This document shows, piece after piece, positions 1 through 14,102 of a stretch of 64,000 bases of DNA. Position 1 is the first letter of the stretch. The number at the start of each line of letters is the position of its first letter. The notes below the pieces were generated by a model, which did not search any database, was not told the DNA's origin, and worked only from the letters and a program-made list of their open reading frames with translations. The position numbers and the translations under genes are program-made. Origin of the DNA: Antedon mediterranea (lineage: Eukaryota > Animalia > Echinodermata); assembly GCF_964355755.1 (NCBI RefSeq), contig NC_092680.1, positions 17,865,045 to 17,929,044 of the forward strand. The letters are read 5' to 3'.

Positions 1-725
1 ATATATATTACAATTTAACATTTTTTTTTTCATTTTTTGGGGTTTCTTTTCTCTTTTTATATGTGAATAAAATATTATTTTTTTGTTACAGAAGTGAATA
101 CTCAATTTCTGTCACTTTAGTTAACTTTATTGCTAAGGTCAAGTCTGGGGGTCACTTCATCACCCTAGATGTTTCAAGTGTGAAGTATCCTATTACAAAC
201 ACAAACTTTAATGGACTGTTTCAATAATAATTCAATGAATATATCTGACAGTGAATTACAGTCAAAAGTCAGTATTACAGTCAAATGGGACTCATAAATA
301 CCAGAAATGCTTTGGGATTTGTAATTTTAGCATGACATGTCCTAATAGACTTTTTTCCCAGACGTTTTTGGGTCTTGCAGCTGGAAATCTATAAATTATA
401 GTGGAGTTTCCATTTTTGCAAAACTGTCGTCCTTAGGACTATAACTGCTGCTTGCTTTAGCTTCTGATTGAGTAGTCCTAATGGGACGTAGCGGGCTAGA
501 GCAGCAGCGTGAAAAAGATTATAACTATGTTTTGCATCAGTTGTGCAATACAACATTGTAGTCCAGTCTTGATCAGATCAGTGAATGTCGATAGCCTCCA
601 AACAAGATATTGTCTATTGACAATTGATGGTCAAATAGTTCCTATTTTTCTAAATTTCTCAGTCATTATCTTGTACAGTACTGTACACTGTTAAAGTATC
701 TGTGTCAGAAAAAAATCTTACTTAC

Positions 726-1044
726 CACTTTTATCTCTAATTGCAAGGTTTCGTCCTTCTTTCAACAAAATTTCCAGTTCGTAATATAAATCAGAGGGGG
801 GAATGGCAATCATTGGATTGGCCATCTCTATACCATCTGACCCACTTTGCACTTCTTGCCCTTCTGGATTTGATATCTCTATTGATGGTGACTTTTCTGT
901 TAGTTTCTCTTGTTGCCCTTCTGATGTCTTTCCCTCACCAGCTGCCCCATTTTGTTGCGGTTCTGATGTATGTTTTGGTAATTCTTCTTCCTCTTTTATG
1001 CTTTCAGTGTCTGAATCTTTCACTTTTTTCCTAATAAATGAGGG
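726..1044 (-). CDS. MCTP1: MCTP-family gene, internal exon ending in the start of the C2A domain (gene continues beyond the window start)
   Basis: Translation ends YELEILLKEGRNLAIRDKSG, like the MCTP C2A start (YQLDITLRRGQSLAARDRGG-TSDPY). Acceptor ttttttAG at 1046-1045 (phase 0, PSFIRKKVKDS...); donor GTAAGT at 725. Confidence 0.88.
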
Positions 1045-2899
1045 CTAAAAAGAGAAGAAAAAGAAACGATTAATATGACTTTTCCCTATCAGAAAAACAT
1101 GACTTTTCCCTAATACTATTAAAAAAACAATACACTGATGTCACACTACCATATCTGTTACACAGTAAGCATGGTTTCACATTAGCTCAATATCTAACAT
1201 TCCTTGTCCAAACTGGTTTTATGAGAAATGTGAACTTGAATTTAATGTTTCAGCTTCTCAATTGCAATTTGTATCAACTTTGACAATTGGAAGATGGAGT
1301 ATACATGACAACCATTACAATTCAACATAAATAATTAGATTATATTAAAAGCATTGTTATTTTTGTACTGCAAATTTTGTGCAATTATTTTAAAATAAAA
1401 CATAGAACTCTATTCTATATAGTATAATCATAAAGACACTAGAATACACAACAATTCTATGCTATAGTTTAGAATTTCTTGTACAACCAACAATAGCAAA
1501 ATGTTGCGAGTTGAACCAATGTATTTTCTCACATGTTTTCTAGTATGTACTTTCCCAAACTTTTTTTCTAGCCCAAAATGTATAGGGTTTTGTCGAAAGT
1601 CTGGTTTTTAAATTTATTTTGAATGGCAAAACATGGAATTCAAGACCTTTGGAAACTACGAAATTGAGACGCATGTTTTGCAATTTTCAGAGTCTGTAAT
1701 CACTTCAGAGTATACTGTAGATTAAGTGTAATAATGTTATCTGTAGGCCTAGCATAGAGATATTTCACTATAATATCTCTATGGTTACAGCTAATTATAC
1801 GACATCTCTGTAGGATCTATCTTCCTTTGCTCTATCTATGTCAAACCCATTTTCAGAAACCTGAATACTAGACTTAATTAACCTAATGTAATCAACACAT
1901 AGCACTATTAGTAATCTTGATTAGATAAGGTACAGTGTTTGTGCTATAGCTAAAGGTCACTGTACTTCTTTTAAGGTAAACATGTCAAGTTTGTTTGTTG
2001 ATCAATGATCATGGACTTCAAAGGGGAGTCCCTACCCCCAATACAGATTTTACATTTGCTGTTGTCAAAAAACAAGAATACTCTAAAAAAGACCAACATT
2101 TTATTTTAACTAAAATCAATAAAAGAGCTTAGAAAATATTAGGCCACATGTCCGTTTCCTACAGTATACCCATAGACGGATCCAACGGCGCCCAGCCATA
2201 CAATAGATAGCAAGTTTATTAGCATTTTTGGCCACTGTCTTTATTTAAAAATCATGGATCAATCTACCAATATCGTAAGCATCAAGTCAGAGTTCATTTA
2301 AGGTATGATCAAAGAAATAATTAGTAATATCTAAAACTCTTTAAGTCAAATGAAAATATCTACTGTATTTACTTTACATATTTTTAAATAAATTATTTTA
2401 TACATATTTTTGTAAATAAGCATCATTCAGGTACAAATAAGATTTTATCACTTTTTCTCAACATCAGAAACCGATTTTTATAAGTTATTACCAGCCTACC
2501 AGGCCTAATCTGACGATAATTCTTTTAATACATACCAATAGATTTAACATGATTAGATATGCATTAAATCACCAATATCCATAAAAGTGCTGTTTTAGTA
2601 TAAAACCATTATATAGAATACAGGTATACAAGGTAAAATAATACTTCTCAAACTCAGTTAAAAACATTGAATGCTTTGATATCAACACAGATGTTTATAA
2701 TGGTCTTTATACAAAGAGAACAAGTATAGTTATGATAAAAAGATATGTACACAGTTGAGAACATACAGTGGTAATTATGGCAAGCCAAGTCCGCCAAAAG
2801 TCCTCAATCCATACCATTCAACAACAATACATTCATTTAAACAATCAACGTAAACCTACATCATTCACCATCTAACCACACCATTTGTTATCATTTCAT

Positions 2900-3990
2900 T
2901 CAATTCATTGTCAAGTATAAAAACCATTCATTGTCAAGCCATTGTCATGTGAAATCATTCATCGTCAAACCAACCCATTCATCGTGAAGTCACATCGGTT
3001 GCCGTCAAGTCAAACGATTCATCGAAAAATCATTCATCGTGAAGCCAGATCGTTCATCACGAAACCAAACCCTTCACCGCAAAGTCAAATTGTTCATTGC
3101 GCGATCAATCACCGTGAAGCCAAACCAATCATCCTGAATCTATTTGTTTCATGACCAAACCGTTCGTCTTCAAGTCATTCATCGTTACGTCATTCATCAT
3201 TAACTCGTTCGTCCTCAAGTGGTTCGTCTCTAAGTCGTTCGCCTTCAAGTCGTTCGTCCTGAAGTCATTCGTCTTCAAGTCGTTCGTCCTCAAGTCGTCC
3301 ATCATTATGGCAGTCATCAGTAGGTCAGTCATCGTTAAGTCATTCATCATTAAGTCATTCGTCCTAAAGTCAGTCATCATTAAGTCATTTATCATTAAGT
3401 CGTTCGTCCTCAAGTCATTCATCATTAAGTCGTTCATCAGTAAGCCATTCATGGTCGTTCGTTCTAAAGTTGTTCATCATCAAGTCGTTCGTCCTCAAGT
3501 CATTCGTCCTAAAGTTGTTCATCATCAAGTCGTTCGTCCCCAAGTCGTTCGTCTTCAAGTTGTTCATCATCAAGTCGTTCGTCTTTAAGTCGTTCGTCTT
3601 CAAGTCGTTCGTCCCAAAGTTGTTCATCATAAGGTCGTTTGTCCCCAAGTCATTCGTCCTAAAGTTGTTCAACATCAAGTCGTTTTTCCTCAAGTCGTTC
3701 GTCCTAAAGTTTGTCGTTGTCGTTTGTCCTCAAGTCATTCGTCCTAAAGCTGTTCATCATCAACTCGTTCGTCTTCAAGTTGTTCGTCTTCAAGTCGTTC
3801 GCCCTCAAGTTGTCATCGTCGTGCAGCAATGATTGCACTACAGATTTACTTCGTTCGCCCTCAAGTCATTCGCCTCCAAGTCATTCATCATAAGGTCGTT
3901 TATCATTAAGTCATTCGTTTTAAAGTTGCATCATCAATTCGTTTGTCCCCAATAAAAGTTGTTCGTTTTCAAGTTGTTCATCGTCATGCA
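2900..3990. repeat. 15-bp tandem satellite (AAGTCGTTCGTCCTC / AAGTCATTCATCATT variants)
   Basis: Regular 15-mer array 3150-3990, degenerating leftwards; the ORFs on both strands are repeat by-products. Confidence 0.9.
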
Positions 3991-4065
3991 CCAATGATTG
4001 CAGTACAGACTTTGTTTACCGATTGAAGATTTGGACGATTCCATTATTGATAGGGTAGCGAAAAT

Positions 4066-5020
4066 AATCGTACTGCATTTATTTTTATGTAACTTATTTA
4101 TGTAATTAAAACTTAATATTTTAATGCAAAAACGATTGGGTGCCCATGTGATTTTTGACTAGCGGTTATAAACGTTATGGTATCAGACACCTTAATTAAA
4201 AGCTACCCTTAGTCAATGATAGAAAACAATGTGTTTCTTGTTATAATGATCTCATATTCTCGGTTGTTTCAAAATCACATACAGAAAAAAATTAAAAAAA
4301 TTATCAATAAGGAATTAGAAAATAATATGTACATGGTTCAAGTTAATTGTGATGGGGTGAATACAAGGAAGCACGTAATTAAAAAATCAGGTACTATGGC
4401 TAGTATGCACGATATTTCTATTCTATTCTCTGCGTTCTTAATGCAACAGGCCTATAAATTCTAATTGTATTTTATTGTTTATGTGATCAGGTGGTTTAGT
4501 ATTATTTATGAATTTCAGAGAAATATTTATCATATAAAAAGGTGCGTCAAAATCTGTGTAGTTTCCTCATCTCATCTAAAATAAACAGGAAATAAAGCTA
4601 TTTATAAGCACAATAAGTATCAAAATTGCATTTTGTTGTCAAAAGTCAATACGAATTTTTCGGGTGGCCACATTATTTTATTTTTACATGTTTAATTAAA
4701 TCCTTATCAATTTTAATTGTTAGAGAGTTATAAAGTATATATTGTTTAAAAAAAGTTTAGTGACAATTAACTTGAACCATATCATGTACATATTATTTTC
4801 TAATTCATTATTAATCATTTTTGTTGTTTTTTTTGTATGTGAAACAAAAATTGAGAAAAAACACATTGTTTTCTGTTATCAAGGTATCATTTAAGTTTAT
4901 ACCATAAAGTGTATATGATCGTCTCCTCGCTAGTCAAAAATCACATGGGCACCCAATTGTTTTTGCATTAAAATATTAAGTTTTAATTACATATGTAGCG
5001 ATACTCTAAAAGCAGTATTA
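4066..5020. mobile_element. Foldback/MITE-like inverted repeat element
   Basis: 4102-4164 is the reverse complement of 4928-4990, and 4313-4350 of 4763-4805. Confidence 0.75.
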
Positions 5021-5954
5021 TTATCTTATTAGGTGATCATTTAGAATAAAATGATCACCTATTGTTATTGTATCAAATCTTTATTGTTATTATTGTTTCT
5101 GGGCACTATTTTGTGTAACAAATATCTAAAAAAGTTTAATGTCAATGATTACCAAAATTTCACAATGTCTTTCAAATACTTTAACTTAGTCCTAATAAGC
5201 TTTTCAGCGTGATCACTCATCCGTGACGTCATGTATACGCCATTTTGTGAAATCACATTATCAATCATATCTCCATAATTCATTATCACATATTAATGAA
5301 ATTTATTACACGTAAACTTCAGGTCAAGGGTAAAAATATTGGCAAGTAAAAACGAACGCGCACGTAGGGTCATGCGCGTAAAATTGCGCGTTCAAAATTT
5401 AATAAGCTCACAATTAAGTTTTAAAAAGCGTAAAAATACGAATTTTTTGTAGAAATCGCATTCTACTCACCATCCTTAGTACATTCACCGAATTTGAGTT
5501 CGTTCCGACTTCATCACGCGTAAAAACTTGAATAACGTAGGTCGTGTAATTTCACCTACACCATACATTTGAATATCTTACAGCTCTTCCGAATTAAATG
5601 TGACCTTGATGATTATAATTTATTATGAAAGCTGATGAAATGTAGATATGAATTCATATAAAAATTAAGCCTATTGGATGTTGTGATGTTATCATATGGC
5701 TAGTTGAAGTTAAAACGTTGTTTTTAAATTTCTTTAGTCGAAGTTTTTTACACAAAACTACTTTTATCGATTTGCGGTTATAGTGTCACTTAATGGAATC
5801 ACTGAGGATTTACATTATTATTATTATTTATTTATTTTTTTTTTTATTTCTTCTTTATGCTGGGGTCCTCTTCAGTCTGTTCTCCAAGAGGGCCCAGTAG
5901 CTTACTTAAGGCACTAATTGTGACAGTGGCTGTGTGCAGAATAGTACAACACAG

Positions 5955-6178
5955 TAATAATAATAATAATAATAAATAAATAACCCCTACTTGTCTTGAA
6001 AGATGTACTTAGGTTCTTAAACTGAGGAACACTTTGTGTACACTAGACATACGGTTTACGGTCCTTCTCCAAGAAAACTTGTTCTACCACCATTACCCTG
6101 GAGCGAGTGAGCCTCACACCCTTGCTGATATTATGGCTACATAATTACAGTTCCACTACCTTACTGCTCGGCGCACTT
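5955..6178 (-). mobile_element. tRNA-derived SINE (degenerate)
   Basis: Similar to 9190-9422; A-box-like head; simple-repeat tail. Confidence 0.55.
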
Positions 6179-7642
6179 ACTATATAAATGTACATCCATG
6201 TAGTTTCTGTATTGTAAGTAACAATCAATATTATCACAGAGGCCTGTTATGCATAATTAATCTACAATCACTCATCTAAGAACAACTTGCAATTATAATA
6301 TATTAATATATTCAAATATAACTAAAATTAGCCTCTTGAGAATGTGTGAAAAATTAATTGCCTGTTAACATAACGGTAAAATATGTTTACTGCAGGAGTT
6401 CAACAGTGGCCTGGTATTTATATAGCTTAACAAGTACAATTCTGGAATGTTCTTAATTGTCTATAACCTCCCACTAAAGTGCTGTATCTTCACATTATTA
6501 GTATTTCGCAATCAAATATCAAATTAGAAATTCTATAATACAGCATCACATGTATTTCACCTGTATCACCTAATATCATAGAAGAAATCTAACCCTTAAC
6601 CTAACAATACATGATACAGGCAGCACATGTGACACTAACATTTCCTATGTTACTAGGGAAATATTGTCATTTGTGGAGATCATCAATGAGAATCGGGTCA
6701 ACCCAATAAACTCTATTCAACGCATTCCAAATGGTAGATGAATTCTGTTATTCGTATTCGTTACCACACCACACCTAATGGGTTATTGCCGAACCTACTC
6801 AAACCGCTTGTATGACCAAATTAGCTGTCTATTGAGTATAGACTATAGTACGCCAGCCATGTTCTCTCAAAAATTAAATACCTTTAGAAGAAGATGTAAG
6901 ATAAATTCCACAACCATGAATGTATGTTATCTCTATCTGCTTCATCTACTATCTACCTATTGAAAGCTCTAATAATAAATATCTTAATAGGTAGGCCTAC
7001 TGTAGATTAAGATATGTTCAGTGTACAGTGAACATAATATTATTGATTATCCATCCTCTAATAAAAGATAATTACCTTCCAAATTAATTTTTACCTAACA
7101 ATAAATAGAAATCACCTTGCGAGTAGTTTATTACTGCATCTCTTACAATCCAGGAATATTGCAGGCGGTGATTGACGCTATAATAACATACGCATCTACA
7201 CACTGTCTTTAGTTAATCACTCCACTGTTCTGCTTGAACGATCAACCACTGCTGTCTTATCATCAGTTTGAGTAATTCCATGACAGACCATGCGGTACAA
7301 ATCGTACACACAACCAGTCTGAGTGTGCACTGCACGCGCTCAAATGTTGTAAACAAGAGGCAGGTTTAAATTGTTATTGTGCAGGTGGAAGCAGGAGGTT
7401 GGGTCGTATTACTCAAAGGCACTGAGGAGTGCTGGGATGTACTGTAATTATATATTAAATATATTATTGGTATATTGGTTGGCGATGCAGATGATTGCAT
7501 AACACCCTTGATAATTACTACACATTAGTTTATAGCTAAAAAACTCTATTATTTAAATATACAGTTGGACCTACATTTTACATAGGGTACAGGACCAAAA
7601 GCTATAGTGTATAATGTGATTCGTAAAATTCAGACTTGACCT

Positions 7643-8230
7643 TAAATTGACCTTGGTTTTTCCACAATGTGATTTTATTATACAGAATAACAATCTAACA
7701 TTATTAATTAATAACTAACCACACTGTAAGACATTTATTAGCAAATACCAAATGACATAAAAGATTCACAAACAATTTCAATATTTAAGGCTGCTCTAAC
7801 AAAACACTATATTTCATGTTATGTATAGTTTATTTGTAAGTTTTTCTTGTATTATATGGTTTTATCTTAACTGTTTGTATTGTATGGAGTGAGTGCAGAA
7901 TCTGTTTGGGCTTTAGCCTATTTTCATTCCTGGTTATGTTTACATTGATGACCGAATAAATATTATTATTATTATTAACAGGCAAATCAACAACAACATT
8001 TAATGATATAAAACTAGCAAACTCTCAATACCAAATTTATATAAATTGTATGCTACAAAATCTTTAAATTGACCTTGGTTTTTCCACAATGTGATTTTAT
8101 TATACAGAATAACAATCTAACATTACCAATTAATAATTAACCACACTGTAAGACATTTATTAACAGGCAAATCAACAACAACATTTAATGATTACAAAAC
8201 ACTCTCAATACCAAATTTATATAAATTGCT
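7643..8230. repeat. Local tandem duplication; first copy interrupted by an insertion ending in AATAAA-(TAT)n
   Basis: 7643-7740 matches 8065-8160; 7975-8050 matches 8160-8228. Confidence 0.75.
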
Positions 8231-9189
8231 AGCTGAAAACTTAACGTAAGGGAAAACAAGGCATTATTGGTATCTTGTTTTGGTAATTTATTAATTAGTT
8301 TTATTATCAGTGATAACAATTTAATTTTTAAATAAACAGAAGTAAAAATTTGTTTACAGAATATTAAAAACTATATAAAACTTCTATTTTATTATAAAAT
8401 ATAAACTTTTGCAACAACATTAATAATAATAATCTTATATTTTTTGTATAAATATTGTAAAAAACTTGGCGCTATCCTTTAACACAGTTTCTCCTTTTTG
8501 GTTGGATTTTATACATTTTTTACAAGTGTTTAGAATATCACAAACATTTATTCTACATCTGTTAGCTCAGTGAATCATACAATTTATGTGTTAAAAATAT
8601 TACTATTGATTTTATTTTATGTATAATGAATTTTAAAATTGAATACGATAATCATTTGTAAGTAGACTTGTTTTACATATTTTTACGATAAAACTGCAAT
8701 CAATATTGGAATGGAGTTTGCTCTTGTTGAAAATGTTTATACACTGCGTAAAATTAGGATTTATATTGTTTTATGATCATTTAAAAAAATATCTGGCTGT
8801 GCATTCCAAAAATAAGTTTCATACTTTCTTCTGAAATTTTTTTATTGAAAACCAAAATAAATTTATGATATATCTTTATTTATAAAAACCTAAATCAACA
8901 GTACATCTATTTTGTTATTAATTACTGGTTATTAAGAATGTTTTAACACGTATTTTGAATAGAATTAAAAATAGGACTTTTTCTGGTTTTTTTATTAACT
9001 CTATGGACGTTTTTGCTATGTTTTTAGCTAATAACATTTTCCATTATCATGGCCATGTCTTGTCTTGCTGTGGTGAGTATTAGCGAATTTCATCTGTCAA
9101 TTTTGAAAATACATGATGTATTTCTTTATTGCATAAAATAAATGTATTCACCTTCTCACTAAGATCTTCATTAGTGAAGGATGGGACCA

Positions 9190-9422
9190 ACAGGTGGTAA
9201 ACACTTCTAAAACGGTCCGGTTCTCATTGCACAATCAGCCCAGTTATGACCAGTGGTTGTGTGCGACAGTGCGAGTGTGTTTACTAGTAAACTAGGGTAA
9301 CCCTGTCTCGGAAGATGTACTAGGTTATTTAAAGACCACCGAAACCATGGAGCGAGTGAGCATCTAACCTTTGCCGATGTTATGACCACGTAATTCCACT
9401 GTCTTAACCGCTCGGCCACTCA
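9190..9422 (-). mobile_element. tRNA-derived SINE
   Basis: Head AGTGGCCGAGCGGTTAAGAC (A box); body shared with 5955-6178. Confidence 0.6.
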
Positions 9423-9702
9423 AAAGTGGATGGGTGCTGTGTTAAAATTAGGCTGGTCGGAAGACCTAAAATGGTGGGTGGGAGACCTTTGAAAGTGAGT
9501 GTCTATCCTGCCTAACTCTGGCCAGAATATTCTTTGTACTGTGAGTTACAAAAAAGATGTTTTTGTAAACACAGCTCGAAATGCAATATGGCTACAACAT
9601 AACAGGCCTCTGTTTATGAAAAGGATACTGATATCCACATGTGGCTTCTATTGCACTCATCGTTTAATCAATCTGTGTACACAATTAATTAATAAGACCT
9701 AC

Positions 9703-9786
9703 CAAAATAAAATCTAAAAATGAGTCGAACAGACTAGGCTCTTCCACGTCGTGACTTTCTTCCTTGTGCGATTCTTGGGATCCCAT
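9703..9786 (-). CDS. Candidate alternative first exon of MCTP (MGSQESHKEESHDVEEPSLFDSFLDFIL)
   Basis: ACCATGG Kozak context, 28 open codons, donor GTAGGT, phase 0 matching the acceptor at 1044. Confidence 0.55.
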
Positions 9787-12010
9787 GGTAAATAAAATCA
9801 AAATCAACTCATAAGAAATAACGCAGGGTGCTTAAAAACGTATTTAGCACCTAAAAATATTACACCATAATTCCTTTTATACAATCACACATATAAACAG
9901 CAGGCCTAGACTATTGGTTTAAATTAATATATGGCCATATCAATGAAAAGTTACGTTACTACCAGCAGCTGTTACAGACAAATATAGTTCCTTCTCAACA
10001 AGTAGAAATCCTTACTATCTCGCTAAACCAGCATATATTAATTATTCAATTCTTCTATTTAAAGAGTTTGTTTAAATAATCTATATTGGATACGAGATGA
10101 AAATTCCACCAATATGATGAATATATTTATCATATTATATATCATTGTTGTTACTTTGGGAGTACGGAACCTGAACTCTTGTTATAGTGATTAGGTTCAC
10201 TTTTAGGTTCCTGCCTACTCCCTTAGTTTCTGTGTTTTTGTTTGTTTGTATCTGGTTTTTGGCAATAAATAATAATAATAATAATAATTACAGTGTATGT
10301 ATATTTGGTGCTGTTGCATATAAGGCAGTAATTCTACGTCAATGCAAAGTGTTTGATTGTACGTAGCTTGGATATAACATATACGTCAAAGTCGGTAACT
10401 ATTGCTGGTATTGCTGTGTATTTTCTAACATTTTGAAAATAACAGAACAGAAGGTTAAATGTCATATTTGCTGCATAGCGCTGAATAAACCGTGTATTTC
10501 AATAACAAATTTGAAAATTAATTCTATATTTACGTGTTTGCTTAAGCGTAAGGCGAGTCGCGCAGTATCTTTCGTCCTTCTCTCTATTCTATATCACTGG
10601 CATTGTGTACACTGGTGACAATATTGTGGTTAAAAATCAACATTAGCCCGAGTCAGGCCTGCCGGATGAATTCATTGCTATTTGCGAATGGCTGGCACGA
10701 GCATAGGTTCACAGATATCATTGTAAGTCAATCCATCAGCAATTATAAATTAACGTATATATTAATCACAGATCAACTAAAGCATCAATATCATTTGTAC
10801 TGTCAATTGTCACACATTTTAAAATTGATGATGACAATGTGGCAGAATTATAATGTTACAATTAGGAAGCAGTAAATTATAACCCAAGAGGGACGAAGTG
10901 ATATTTATCTAGACCTATGAAATTGTGTTATTATACAGTTTGAAAATGAGAATGATGAATTTTATTTCAACACAAATCAACTTTTTTTAAATGTCATCCA
11001 CAAATTGAGAAGTAAACCTATGATTTTTAAAGTGTCATTTAAAGGTAAGTATTGCCGACCTATGACCCCAGAAATAGCTGTCACTATCATACAACAATAA
11101 AATATTTTACCTCTCGCATATTAATGAATTAGTTCAAAACTACTTAAGCTACTGAAAAAAAAAACCACTTGTTTTTTACTTGTTTGTGAACAAATTATAT
11201 GCAAAATGTATAATACAAAATATACATATTAAAAATTTATATTAATTTTTCTAATTTTCGACATGTGAAATACACAATATAAATTGAATGTATCTAAACA
11301 CTGGAGCCATCCTTTAAGCTCAAGGGTACTGTTAAAAGAGAATATCATGGCTGGTATAAAAAAATGTATAATCCCTATACTACAGCATATCTAATACTGT
11401 ATTTTATAGGCCTAGTTATAATTATATACATTATCATAACACTTAAGTTTAATTAGCATATACAATACAAAATAATTTGCATATAAAAAATGAGATAGAG
11501 GATGAAGGTTATTGTGTATATATATTATTCAAATAATTAATACTAAACACTGTACTTCCACATCAATAACAAACTTCTTGCTAAAAACACACCTTTATTG
11601 TAATAAACGCATTGTTAAAGTGACCATATGGATGACAATGAAAGGAGAATGTAAAATTGTCTAGTAGCATCTAATCTATACAAGTAATAATCCTACCAAA
11701 ATTAGACAATGTCTGAACAAAAAACATCATATTAACATTGATATACTGCATGTCCGGAATAGATATATTTTTATCATAAATATTATAATTCTAATAAATT
11801 CACAAGCATTCACGCAATATTAAAGAGTGAATAATAAGTAGGCAATTCATCAATCATTTTGTTTATAATATAGGCTTCAAATTTCAATGCTTTTACAAGC
11901 ATTAATTATGATCCTTCTTGGATGACCATACTGATGAATATCAGGCATGTACATGCATGTGTAGACTCAATAATATGGCCTAGCCTACATCAAATATAAA
12001 TATTACTTAC

Positions 12011-12067
12011 CAACGGCAGACAACACCCAATAAAATCATCAACTTCACAGACAATACCAGAAAACAT
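12011..12067 (-). CDS. Candidate alternative first exon of MCTP (MFSGIVCEVDDFIGCCLPL); may instead be an internal exon starting at 12084
   Basis: ATG, 19 open codons, consensus donor GTAAGT, phase 0. An upstream acceptor (AG at 12086-12085) would also keep the frame from phase-1 exon 1. Confidence 0.55.
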
Positions 12068-12983
12068 TCCTTTATTAAAACACCCTAGATACAAAATGAA
12101 GAATGCACAAACGTACACAACAATCGCATTATTCAGTCATGTCATCGTAACCAAAGCTAGTATTAGCACTAGATTTAAATTCTTACGACAATTAATCTAA
12201 TGAACGACGGTAGCTCAGCTCATCTGAACCTCAATAAAACATGGTAATGTTTATTTTTAGACAATCAGTGAAAGAGAATTACAGTTTTCATCACATCTTT
12301 TGAAAGTTAAACGATGCTATTTTGTATTTGTTTGACACTGCAGTAATTAATAATAGCATTTAATATATATATAGATATATTTGAATACTAATGGAGAGTA
12401 ATGGCTATATTGGAAGTGTTTGTCTTATATTGGCCACATGAAATATATTTGTTCAAGTAGATTACAGAACCAGTTGTAAATAATTTGGGACAGTTAAACA
12501 CTTGAATGATGATGAGACGCTTGAAAGTGTTAAGGATTACTGGAGCACTAAATGAAAATTGAAGGCATTTACTGTTTAGTTAAACTTACGAACTTACTTA
12601 TTAAATTTTATCAAAGTTTAAATGTAATCAAGAATGAAGAAAAGGTTATAGATAGACCAAGATAAACATGGGGGACATTTCAGCGATGAAAACCGCCATT
12701 AACAATATTCTAAAACAGACATTTTAAGGGAAGTTTCTAGTCTAAATCCGAATGTCATGGGGTTTTCTACGTTTTTCTACAAAATGTAATAGAGTACCAT
12801 ATAGTGCCTCATTGTCGTATTGCACATCAGCTTTTTATAAACAGGGTACCTTTAATGTGCGCCATCTATGACTGGAGCCAAATCCAACAGCGCTCTTTTT
12901 AGTGGCCTTAGCTTCCCATTCAAAATGCAGTGGATTAACTTAATCAAACTAAAAAGTTTACATACTGTACGTTATAAAAGGGC

Positions 12984-13125
12984 ATATGGCACAGTGTGTT
13001 ACTGTTGGACATTGGATTACTGATCGTGGTTCGAATCCAACTCTCGCCACATTTCTGGTATCCTTAGGCAAGACACTTTATTTACATTTGCCTCTCTCCA
13101 CTCAGGTGTATAAATGGGTACCATT
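12984..13125 (+). mobile_element. tRNA-derived SINE with CORE-like central domain
   Basis: A box TGGCACAGTG, B box GGTTCGAATCC, then CCTTAGGCAAGACACTT...GTATAAATGGGTACC. Confidence 0.65.
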
Positions 13126-14102
13126 AGACACAGCTTTATTATTAAAACAAATAATGGAAAAAATACTTTCATTTTGTTGAAACCTGACTTTCCTATAAAT
13201 TAATAGAATATTCATCCCATTGAGCTCATATATTAATTTTACAATATATTATATACTCTCATACATTTTTACAATATGCAAACTTTATTATAAAAGCATT
13301 ATATGAGAGAATGAATATTCTGATAGTGCTATTAAAGCTATTATCCTTTTCAGGGAATTATAATAATTATCATATTTTCCTTTTAATAATACTACATTAC
13401 ACATTAAACAAGACATAAATGAATCCTTTGAACATTATTCATCCTAAATTATGTTATCTGTTCACATATCTCATTCATTCAATTCAATTGGTTTTTCACA
13501 ATTACATCCATTGCCATTTTAGCATTCTAACAAACACTTCTATTTCTTTACTATATAATTAGTTTCTATATATTCAGCCCAGCTTTTTGTGAACTGAATA
13601 CCAGTTCTATTTTTAGTTTATTCCTTTTGTCTGTCAAATAGTATTGTTAAATGTAGTTATTTTTTTTTTTTAATTAGGGTCATAGAAAAATAGAATTAAA
13701 TAAGTTGTGATAATTTATATTTTATTAGAAAAATTCTAATATAAACTGTAGCATTTTTCTGTTCAATAAAAAAAAGTCTATACCATTTGTGGAGAGGGGT
13801 GTTCAATGAATTTTCTACTTTTTGCATTATATCTCACTCATTGTAGAAAATGGCTATATTCAGTTTATTCAGGTAAACTCGGCACAAAATAGACTTTAAA
13901 AAATAATAGATGTTGGCAGCGTACTAATCACTATAGCTAGGCAGATGTACGCTAGATCATCATTTTATGTATTTTGCATATTTATATTTATATTGATGGG
14001 GCCCTCATGAGACAAGCTATTGCTTCTAGTGTGGGCCCCAGTTAATTGTCAAATAACTGAATAAATGTGTATCAATGAATCTAAAGTTTTTTCATGACTT
14101 AA

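Noticed and set aside
3129-3893. Overlapping ORFs with pentapeptide repeats
   Set aside because: Open on both strands, frameshifted, no splice context; by-product of the 15-bp satellite.
5028-5810. Palindrome-led repeat (TAGGTGATCATTT..AAATGATCACCTA), perhaps Helitron-like
   Set aside because: Ends could not be defined; single copy in the window.
7116-7450. Promoter-like region with donor AAG|GTGATT
   Set aside because: Stops in the relevant frames; could be a non-coding exon but cannot be supported from sequence alone.
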